DNA of 49,974 nucleotides, taken from Clostridiales bacterium. Lineage in GTDB: Bacteria; Bacillota; Clostridia; Christensenellales; Aristaeellaceae. This document shows positions 1 through 7,032 of the stretch, piece after piece (position 1 is the first letter of the stretch; each line of letters opens with the position of its first letter). Where the stretch lies: assembly GCA_022769795.1 (NCBI GenBank), contig JALEIQ010000069.1:1-49974 (forward strand), in the 5' to 3' direction. The notes under the pieces were generated by a model. The model saw only the letters and a program-made list of their open reading frames with translations, had not been told where the DNA came from and searched no databases. The position numbers were made by a program, and so were the translations under genes.

Positions 1-1
1 A

Positions 2-985
2 AAGGGTGGCGGCGGACAAACCAGCGGCCACGGCGGCTGGTTCACAGCGCCGCTGACCAACCTCTATGAAGGCAAGGGCGGCAAGATTCTTTATAACTGC
101 ACCGCCAACGAGCTCATTACCGATGGCAACGGCGCCGTGACCGGCGTAAAGGGTGTTATGCCGGATGGCAGCACCGTAACCGTCAGCGCCAAGAGCGTGA
201 TTCTGGCTACCGGCGGATATTGCCACAACGAGGAAATGCTCGCCAAATATCATGATTTCCTACCCACCAACGTTGGCTCCGGCGTGCCCATGACCAACAC
301 CGGCGACGGCATTACCATGGCTGTTGCGGTTGGCGCAAAGAACTTTGACGCGCCCGGCTTGCAGCTTGTGTATGTCAATTACGACTGCTACGTTGGCATT
401 GCCGAGGAATCCGGCTTGATTGTGAGCGAGGACGGCGCGCGCGTTGTGGACGAGTGGACGTACCAATCCCATGTCGCCCAGGCCTTGGCCGACGCGGACA
501 GCACCTGCGGCTATTACATCACCGCCACCAAGGATGGCGTTTGCGTAGAGCCCTACCCCATGCTCAGCTGGGGCGTAACCATGGAGCAGGTGCCCCATGC
601 CGCCACTATCGGCGAACTGGCCGCGCAGATCGGCCTGGATGCCGCCACGCTGGAAGCGACTGTGGCGCGTTACAACGAGCTGTGCGCCAAGGGCGTAGAC
701 GACGATTTTGGCAAGCCTGCCGAATATATGATTCCTGTTGAGGGCGATACCTATTATGCCTTCCGCATGAACCCCGGTTCCTCCGTCACCTTTGGCGGAT
801 TGCAGATCGATACGGGCGCGCATGTGCTGGATGTGAACGATCAGCCCATCCCCGGCCTCTATGCCGCCGGCGAGGTTGCCTTCACCGGCCTGTTTGACGC
901 TGAATATCCCTGCTGCGGCATGGCGATTGGTTCCGCTATCTTCTATGGCCGCATCGCCGCTCAAAACGCTGTGGACGGCAAGTAA
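2..985 (+). CDS. FAD-dependent oxidoreductase, fumarate reductase / flavocytochrome-c-like flavoprotein (5' end outside window)
   Basis: The frame of ORF 137..985 stays open back to nt 2 (KGGGGQTSGHGGWFTAPL...). The C-terminus (PGLYAAGEVA...GMAIGSAIFYGRIAA) is typical of the FAD-binding end of fumarate/urocanate-reductase-type flavoproteins. A terminator follows. Confidence 0.7.
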   Translation, partial: KGGGGQTSGHGGWFTAPLTNLYEGKGGKILYNCTANELITDGNGAVTGVKGVMPDGSTVTVSAKSVILATGGYCHNEEMLAKYHDFLPTNVGSGVPMTNTGDGITMAVAVGAKNFDAPGLQLVYVNYDCYVGIAEESGLIVSEDGARVVDEWTYQSHVAQALADADSTCGYYITATKDGVCVEPYPMLSWGVTMEQVPHAATIGELAAQIGLDAATLEATVARYNELCAKGVDDDFGKPAEYMIPVEGDTYYAFRMNPGSSVTFGGLQIDTGAHVLDVNDQPIPGLYAAGEVAFTGLFDAEYPCCGMAIGSAIFYGRIAAQNAVDGK

Positions 986-1030
986 GGTTTCCTTCCGCAA
1001 GCGCGAACGGTGCGCTTGCATCCTCGCCAG

Positions 1031-1075
1031 CCTGGGAACGCCGCCAAACGGCCTGTGTTCCCAGGCTCTTTTTTT
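1031..1075 (+). terminator. Intrinsic terminator of the flavoprotein gene
   Basis: 9-bp stem CCTGGGAAC (1031-1039) / GTTCCCAGG (1057-1065), followed by CTCTTTTTTT. Confidence 0.6.
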
Positions 1076-1077
1076 GC

Positions 1078-1104
1078 ACGCTCCGCGCGCGCCGTCATAG
1101 TGTA
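1078..1104 (+). promoter_or_regulatory. Candidate sigma-K-type (late mother cell) promoter of the Cys-rich gene
   Basis: AC (1078-1079), 16-nt spacer, CATAGTGTA (1096-1104). This fits the B. subtilis sigma-K consensus AC-N16/17-CATAnnnTA. It lies about 70 nt upstream of the ATG. Confidence 0.35.
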
Positions 1105-1171
1105 TCAGTGAACGGCGGCAAGGGAGGCAGCAAAGCCTCCTTGCAGCCGACAATAAGAAGGAGGCGTGCCA

Positions 1172-1972
1172 ATGTCTTTCTATTCTTACAAGAACTCCAA
1201 TCCCTGCTGTTGCCCCGGTACCATCAGCGGTAACGCACTGGACGGACTCCAAGAGAAGGTATGCGTGCAGGTTAAGCGCGTATACGACAGCTGCCTGCAG
1301 CAGGAACAGTTGGATGACAAAGAAGTGGTCATCACCAGCTATGCGATGGTAGCGAACAACTGCAACTGCAACTGTGGCTGCGGCTGTGACGCCGATACGA
1401 CCGAAACCGTCCCCCCCACCAGCGCGCCCGTGCCGCCCATCACGTTTGAAAGCTGCCGTTCCACCACCACAGAGGGCACCATCCGCAATCTGACGGTGGA
1501 GCGCCTGTGCGACCGTCCCTGCTTTGCCCGCGTGCGCTGCAAAATCGACGTGCCCATTGACATCCTGTTTGTGGACAGTCGCTGCGTAGAGTACATTGGC
1601 AAGGGTGTTATTACGGTAGACAAAGACGTTCTGCTCTCCATCCCCGACGAGTCCATCGTGCCTTACTGCCTGGAAAGCATGGTAAGCGCCATCTGCGTGG
1701 CGGGCAGCTACGAGGGCAACAACAAGTTCAAGCTGACGGTGTGCGTCACCGTGGTGTTGAAAGTTCTGGCCCAGGTGGAAATTCTGATTCCTTCCTACGG
1801 CTTCTGCCCCATTCCGCCCTGCGAGGAGTTTGCCGAAAATGTCTGCGATGAATTCTTCAGCCTGCCCCTGTTCCCGCCCGCCTCGCTGTGCAACAACGAT
1901 GATGTGGCGCTGCGCAACGCCGCGTGCAACACGGGCAGCGCATGCGGATGCAACTGCTGCCGTCGCAGCTGA
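1172..1972 (+). CDS. Cysteine-rich protein, possible spore coat / exosporium component
   Basis: RBS AAGGAGG sits 7 nt before ATG 1172 (the ORF track starts at GTG 1166). I count 27 Cys in 266 aa, with Cys clusters at both ends (NPCCCPG, CNCNCGCGC, CGCNCC). The VCVQVKRVYDSCLQQ segment is loosely reminiscent of CotY/CotZ/ExsY-type proteins. The function is not established. Confidence 0.65.
   Translation: MSFYSYKNSNPCCCPGTISGNALDGLQEKVCVQVKRVYDSCLQQEQLDDKEVVITSYAMVANNCNCNCGCGCDADTTETVPPTSAPVPPITFESCRSTTTEGTIRNLTVERLCDRPCFARVRCKIDVPIDILFVDSRCVEYIGKGVITVDKDVLLSIPDESIVPYCLESMVSAICVAGSYEGNNKFKLTVCVTVVLKVLAQVEILIPSYGFCPIPPCEEFAENVCDEFFSLPLFPPASLCNNDDVALRNAACNTGSACGCNCCRRS
1358..1387 (+). repeat. In-frame hexanucleotide microsatellite inside the Cys-rich gene
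   Basis: (AACTGY)x3 followed by (GGCTGY)x2, encoding NCNCNCGCGC. Confidence 0.8.
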
Positions 1973-1992
1973 AAAGCACCTAAAAAGCTTGC

Positions 1993-2020
1993 GCCCCGGC
2001 CATGAGGCCGGGGCCTTTTC
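1993..2020. terminator. Bidirectional terminator between convergent genes
   Basis: GCCCCGGCC (1993-2001), loop ATGA, GGCCGGGGC (2006-2014). CTTTTC follows on the + strand and a T-run (complement of TAAAAAG) follows on the - strand. Confidence 0.55.
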
Positions 2021-2028
2021 ATGCCGAT

Positions 2029-2985
2029 TCAGCGCTCCTCGCCAGGCAATACCCGCGTAACGGTATAGCCCAGCTTTTCAAGCTCGTAAATCACACTGTC
2101 CTCAGGCAATACCAGATGCAACAGGCCAATGACCGCAAAATAGCTGTGCGGTTCATCCGCTTCCAATAGCTGGCTCAGGCGCTGGGCCATGTATGCATTG
2201 CGCTCTGTTAGCAACGCCTGATGATATTCTTCCGTCAAATCCTGCCGTTCTTCGGAGGCCATTCCCACAAGGTAGGACTCCGCAAATGCCTCCGCGTCCC
2301 CATCGTACCACCATTGGGGCCACAGCCGAACATCCGCATCCGCTCCGTCCACGGCCTCGGGGGTTAAAATCTCGATGCAGGAATCCCTGAGCAAATACTC
2401 CTGAAGGCCTTCGCTAAAGCCGTCCATCATATCCAACTGGCGCTGCGTTTCCTCAAGCCAGGTTTTGGGCTTGCCGCTTGTCATCTGGTCAATCTGGGTT
2501 TCCACCCCAAGCTTCATAACCTGGTCGATATCCACCGCGCCCAGCAGCGCATGGGTACCTTCCAGCGCAAGCATACTCGAAACCGCCCAGGGCTTCAGCA
2601 TATTGAGATAGTCCATCTGATAGCCCGTCTTTTGCGCCGCCTGCTTTAGCAACTCATAGCATTCATCGCTCACATGCGCCCTGAGCGAATCTCCAGTAGG
2701 ATAGTACATCATATCAAGCATTGCTTCCATGGCTGTAACGCTCTCTGTATCGCACTCAAATACCATCGTATCCGCCGCATCAAGCGCCTCCTGGATATGG
2801 CTTCCCACAGGGTACATCGCTTCGTTCCCTATATGGATGCTGCCCAGCAACGCCAGATCGTTTTTTCCGCCCGTCACGCGGTAAAGTATCCCTGTGCTAC
2901 CCTCTGCAGCAGCGCCGCAGCACAGCGTGAACAAAATGGCCATAAGCAGGCAGGCAGCCTGAATGTGTATGGGCAAACGCTTCAT
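2029..2985 (-). CDS. TraB/GumN family protein, secreted
   Basis: N-terminal signal peptide (MKRLPIHIQAACLLMAILFTLCCGAAAEG). The family-typical LYRVTGGKNDLALLGSIHIG motif is present. RBS GGAGGAA precedes the start. The ATG overlaps the helicase stop as ATGA. Confidence 0.8.
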   Translation of the reverse strand: MKRLPIHIQAACLLMAILFTLCCGAAAEGSTGILYRVTGGKNDLALLGSIHIGNEAMYPVGSHIQEALDAADTMVFECDTESVTAMEAMLDMMYYPTGDSLRAHVSDECYELLKQAAQKTGYQMDYLNMLKPWAVSSMLALEGTHALLGAVDIDQVMKLGVETQIDQMTSGKPKTWLEETQRQLDMMDGFSEGLQEYLLRDSCIEILTPEAVDGADADVRLWPQWWYDGDAEAFAESYLVGMASEERQDLTEEYHQALLTERNAYMAQRLSQLLEADEPHSYFAVIGLLHLVLPEDSVIYELEKLGYTVTRVLPGEER

Positions 2986-5270
2986 AGTGCTTCCTCCAAT
3001 CTTTTCGTCGCCAAGGCGATATCTTCATCATATAGCTGCCATTCGGGCGGCAGCAGCGCTTCATATTCCCGATGATAGTACCGGTCGTCCAGAAGCAGAA
3101 CCATGCCCTTGTCCTCCTCCGAACGAATCACTCGGCCCGCAGCCTGCAATACCTTGTGCATACCCGGGAAACGGCAGGCATAGGCATACCCGTCCCCAAA
3201 GCAACGCTGATAGCACTTCGCCACCGCGTTCATACGCGCCGACGGGGTGGGCAGTCCCACGCCAATAATGATTGCGCCAATCAACCTTTCTCCGGGCAAA
3301 TCCACCCCTTCGCTGAACAGCCCGCCAAGCACGCACAGGCCCAGGCGGGGCTTTCCGGGCTCCATAAAGGCGTTTAGAAAAGCGGCGCGTTCCTCCTCCC
3401 CCATTTCCCGATTCTGCACCCAAAGCGGCGGTATATCGGCGGTTTCCAGCTGCCTGCGCACCAAATCCAGATATGCGTAGCTGGGAAAGTAGGCGATGTA
3501 GCTGCCAGGCCTTGTGCGAAGCATTTCGCAAATGGCGCGCGCAATGTGCTCAACGCTTTCCGCGCGTTGCGCGTAACGGGTGGAAACGCGCCTGCGTATG
3601 ACCGCCAAATGCTCCCTTGGAAAGGGAGAGGGCAAGGAAAAGCATGCGTCCTCCTCTCCGCCGCCAAGGAGGCGCTTCATGGCGGGCAAGGGCGTAAGCG
3701 TCGCCGAAAAAAAGATAGCGCCATGCATTTTCTTGGTGATTGCCGCAATCTCCTTGCCGGGCAACAGGCAATATAGCGTCAGGGTGCGCTCCCTGCCGTG
3801 TTCCTCCAGCAAAATGGCGTAATCCTCGTCCAGTCGCTGTGCGGCATACAAAAACGGCAGGCATATCCGCACCGCTTCCGCGGCCCCCGAGGCCATACCG
3901 CCGCCCATTGCCAGCGTATGAAACGCTGCGTCCCGCACCGCTTCCGCCTTTTCCAAAAGCCCTTCCGGCAGCGCGGCCAGCACCGCATCCCCCTTCTCGC
4001 TTTCCGCTTCCAGGACCCGAAGTTGACGAATAAGCGCGGTCAGCGCACGGTAGTAGGCGTTTGACCTTCCCGCAGCCTTTCCATGTTCCGCGCGCAGCTT
4101 CGCCAATGCGCGGCTGTCCAGCGTGCCTGAGAGGCTTTCCCGCACGCGTTCCACCGTATGGTGCGCTTCGTCCACCAGCAGCGTCAGGCTTCCGCGCCCC
4201 TGAAACAGCCGCTTGAGCTGCGCGAAAGGATCGAACGCATAGTTCAAATCCATCAGGATAACGTCTGCAAGCTCGCTAAGCGCCAGCGCCAGCTCAAAGG
4301 GGCACAAACCGTGCGCGTCCGCCACACGGATGATCTTTTCATCCGTCCAGGTTTCATTCTCACACAGCAGCTCTTCAATGGCTTTTCCCTGCCTCGCATA
4401 ATGCCCCTTTGCCCTCGGGCAAAAGTCGGGATGGCATCGCGTAGGCGCGGGGCATAGGGTTTCTTTAGCCGTCAGCACCATGCAGCGTGCGTGCATTCCC
4501 GCCGCATAGAACCGTTCCAGCGCGTTCAGCGGGCTCTGGCGCGCGGTATTGCGCGCCGTCAGATACGCCAGCTTGCCCGTTTTTCCCTCTCCAAGGGCCT
4601 TGAAAGCAGGGTAAAGCACAGCCGCGCTTTTCCCCGTACCCGTAGGCAGGCTGGCAAACAGGCGCTTTTTACGGCCAATGGCGGTATATACCTGCACCGC
4701 CAGTTCTCTTTGCCCTTGGCGATAAGCGGGAAAGGGGAACGGCAGCGCTTTCAGGCTTTCATCACGCTTGTGCCGGTGCTTCGCTTCCCGCAGCGCAAAC
4801 GCGGCATAAGGGCGAAGCAGGCCATCCATCTCCGCAATCAGCGCGTCGCGCTCCAGCCTTTCTTCAAAGCGTTGACATACCTCGCCCTTTTCATTAACAT
4901 ACGCAACGCAGATTCGCACCGCGCAGCAGGGCTTCTCCAAAGCCAGCATGGCCGCATAACACACCGCCTGCATGCGGTGCTCCGTGAGCGGCTCCGCCGC
5001 ATCGCCCGCACCCAGTTTAATCTCCTCCACAAAGGGCACGTCCCCATCATGAAAAAGATCCATACGTCCATGCAGCAAAATCACCGCTTCTTCACAGATG
5101 AAGGCATGCTTGATAGCGCGCTCGGCTTCCGCCTGCGCCGCAGCCTGCCGCGCTCTGTGCGCCTGCGAACCGATAAGCATGCTTTCCATATCCGCCGCAG
5201 GTAAAATATCCTCTGGAAAGTAGGAAAAAGCCACCAGTTCACGTACCGAAACACGAAACGTTTCCTCCAT
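2982..5270 (-). CDS. XPD/DinG-type Fe-S superfamily-2 DNA helicase with N-terminal PD-(D/E)XK (RecB/Cas4-like) nuclease domain
   Basis: Walker A LPTGTGKS and DEAH box (VDEAHH) are present. The Cys cluster is C-x5-C-x4-C plus GLCPFE. The N-terminus carries GRMD...EEIK...QAVCY (D, ExK and QxxxY nuclease motifs). I chose ATG 5270 because GGGAGAG lies 9 nt upstream. The ORF track starts at TTG 5288, which has no RBS. Confidence 0.8.
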   Translation of the reverse strand: MEETFRVSVRELVAFSYFPEDILPAADMESMLIGSQAHRARQAAAQAEAERAIKHAFICEEAVILLHGRMDLFHDGDVPFVEEIKLGAGDAAEPLTEHRMQAVCYAAMLALEKPCCAVRICVAYVNEKGEVCQRFEERLERDALIAEMDGLLRPYAAFALREAKHRHKRDESLKALPFPFPAYRQGQRELAVQVYTAIGRKKRLFASLPTGTGKSAAVLYPAFKALGEGKTGKLAYLTARNTARQSPLNALERFYAAGMHARCMVLTAKETLCPAPTRCHPDFCPRAKGHYARQGKAIEELLCENETWTDEKIIRVADAHGLCPFELALALSELADVILMDLNYAFDPFAQLKRLFQGRGSLTLLVDEAHHTVERVRESLSGTLDSRALAKLRAEHGKAAGRSNAYYRALTALIRQLRVLEAESEKGDAVLAALPEGLLEKAEAVRDAAFHTLAMGGGMASGAAEAVRICLPFLYAAQRLDEDYAILLEEHGRERTLTLYCLLPGKEIAAITKKMHGAIFFSATLTPLPAMKRLLGGGEEDACFSLPSPFPREHLAVIRRRVSTRYAQRAESVEHIARAICEMLRTRPGSYIAYFPSYAYLDLVRRQLETADIPPLWVQNREMGEEERAAFLNAFMEPGKPRLGLCVLGGLFSEGVDLPGERLIGAIIIGVGLPTPSARMNAVAKCYQRCFGDGYAYACRFPGMHKVLQAAGRVIRSEEDKGMVLLLDDRYYHREYEALLPPEWQLYDEDIALATKRLEEAL

Positions 5271-5505
5271 AACCGGCAGCTCTCCCAACTCAATTTTGTA
5301 TTACACGTTTTCCGCCGCCAGGATGCCAAGCAGCCACGGCACGGCAACCATTAGAGAATAGCTGTAGCGCACCAGTACGCAGGGGCCTAACAGCAGCGTA
5401 AGCAGGTAGGCGGCAAGCGCGATGCCTGTGATGAGGACAACTCGCTTCCAGCCATCCCCGAGCCGCTCTCACAGCGCCTCTCCCCCATTTTCACCTTCGT
5501 ATGCT

Positions 5506-6189
5506 TTAGTCCCTGCGATTGCGCGCGATTACCAGCAGCCTTACAAGCTGCAGCAGGCTGCTTACCGCCGAAGCCACATAGGTTAGCGCAGCCGCGCTGA
5601 GCACCGCCTTCGCTCCAGCCAGCTCCTCGCCGTCCAAATAGCCGCCCGCGTCCAGCGCGCGTATGGCGCGGCTGCTGGCGTTGAGCTCAACGGGCAGCGT
5701 TACCAACGCAAACACCAGCGTTAACGCAAAACATGCGATGCCCACGTAAATCAGCGGCTCCCAGCTAAACAGCAGGCCCGCCAAAAAGATAGGAAAATAC
5801 AGGTTGCTGCCCAGGTTTACCACCGGCACCATGGCGGAACGCAGCTTGAGCGGTGCATAGCCTTCATGCTGCTGCATGGCATGTCCGCATTCGTGCGCCG
5901 CAACGCCAATGGCCGCCACGCTTTGCTGATTATACACCGTAGTGCTCAAACGCAGCGTATTGCTTCGCGGGTCGTAGTGATCCGTGAGCGAGCCGGAGGT
6001 TTGGTTAATGCTCACGTTGCCGCAGCCGCTTTGGTTCAGCAGCGCCCGCGCCACCTCCTGCGCGCTTTCACACGAACGCGCCCGTATCCCACTATACTTC
6101 TTGAAGGTGGAGGATACCTTGTGCTGCGCCCACATACCCAGCAACAGTCCCGGAATGACGAAGATCATTGTCCAGTCCCAATAAAACAT
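5506..6189 (-). CDS. Zinc metallopeptidase, YugP / Zn_peptidase_2 family (membrane)
   Basis: HECGHAMQ (HExxH) is flanked by transmembrane segments. The start is M29 of the ORF (MFYWDW...), preceded by AAAGGAGA. The upstream 28 codons have no RBS. Confidence 0.8.
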   Translation of the reverse strand: MFYWDWTMIFVIPGLLLGMWAQHKVSSTFKKYSGIRARSCESAQEVARALLNQSGCGNVSINQTSGSLTDHYDPRSNTLRLSTTVYNQQSVAAIGVAAHECGHAMQQHEGYAPLKLRSAMVPVVNLGSNLYFPIFLAGLLFSWEPLIYVGIACFALTLVFALVTLPVELNASSRAIRALDAGGYLDGEELAGAKAVLSAAALTYVASAVSSLLQLVRLLVIARNRRD

Positions 6190-6284
6190 GCTCCGTTCTC
6201 CTTTCAGACAAATACCCATTCCTAGCATACACCATTTGGGCAAAAATTCAACCTGCATTGCCCAAAAAGTCATTTATCCGTTAT

Positions 6285-6314
6285 GTATACCCCACCTTCC
6301 GTGCGGACACGCTA
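6285..6314 (+). promoter_or_regulatory. Candidate sigma-F (forespore) promoter of spoIIR
   Basis: GTATA (6285-6289), 15-nt spacer, GGACACGCTA (6305-6314). The B. subtilis sigma-F consensus is GyATA-N15-GGnnAnAHTR. spoIIR is a known sigma-F regulon member. Confidence 0.4.
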
Positions 6315-6332
6315 TACGCGGGAGGGATGAAT

Positions 6333-6983
6333 ATGTTTGATAACCGAAAAGCCGCCGCGCTGGTACGCTCCATGTGGGTGGAAGCGCTTATCCTGCTGTT
6401 GGCGTTAGCCGCCTTTGTTCTGGCGCTTGCTCTTCCCTTTACGCTTGCGCAAGCCGCCGACGCGCCCCTAACGCCCGAGGAAGCCGCTCTATGGGACGCC
6501 TATCAAAGCGGCGAGATCATCCGTCTGCATATTTTAGCCGATAGCGACCTGCCCAAGGCACAGGAGCTCAAGCTGCATGTGCGCGACGCGCTGATTGAAG
6601 CCTTCGGCAGCCAGCTTGCGCAGGCCTCTGAAGAAAGCTGCGAGGCCGTATATGCCATGCTGATGGAAAACACCTCCCAAATGTGCGCGGTAGCGCGGGA
6701 ATGCGCCCGTCAATACGGTTTTGAAGGGGACGTAACGGCGCAGGTAGGCCGCTTGCAGCTTCCCAGCAAAACCTATGGGCATATCACCCTGCCTGCCGGA
6801 GAATACCGCGCGCTGCGCGTAACCTTGGGCAAGGGCGAGGGCAAAAACTGGTGGTGCGTGCTGTTTCCTCAGCTATGCCTGGCCGTAAGCGGGCAGCCGG
6901 ATGGGGAGGCGGCTTCCGAAGCGCCGCAAATTCAATGGCAGGCGGAGCGCATCTTCTCCCATTGGCTGGCTTTGGGGCTCTAA
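6333..6983 (+). CDS. spoIIR: Stage II sporulation protein R
   Basis: IIRLHILADSDLPKAQELKLHVRDAL and GKGEGKNWWCVLFPQLC are hallmark SpoIIR motifs. RBS GGAGGG lies 6 nt before ATG 6333; in-frame ATG 6327 is an alternative. The long ORF-track N-terminus (6168) is non-coding leader. Confidence 0.85.
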   Translation: MFDNRKAAALVRSMWVEALILLLALAAFVLALALPFTLAQAADAPLTPEEAALWDAYQSGEIIRLHILADSDLPKAQELKLHVRDALIEAFGSQLAQASEESCEAVYAMLMENTSQMCAVARECARQYGFEGDVTAQVGRLQLPSKTYGHITLPAGEYRALRVTLGKGEGKNWWCVLFPQLCLAVSGQPDGEAASEAPQIQWQAERIFSHWLALGL

Positions 6984-7017
6984 GCGTCTGGTTAAGCGTG
7001 CAGGCGCCTTAAAACTA

Positions 7018-7026
7018 TGCTATAAT
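7018..7026 (+). promoter_or_regulatory. Extended -10 element (TGcTATAAT) upstream of ygiQ
   Basis: Perfect TGnTATAAT. No good -35 is present. Confidence 0.4.
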
Positions 7027-7032
7027 GAGCAC

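Noticed and set aside
5290-5472. 60-aa ORF (MRAARGWLEASCPHHRHRACRL...).
   Set aside because: It is Arg/Cys/His-rich with no RBS. The adjacent frame encodes a far more protein-like hydrophobic peptide (see the frameshift finding).
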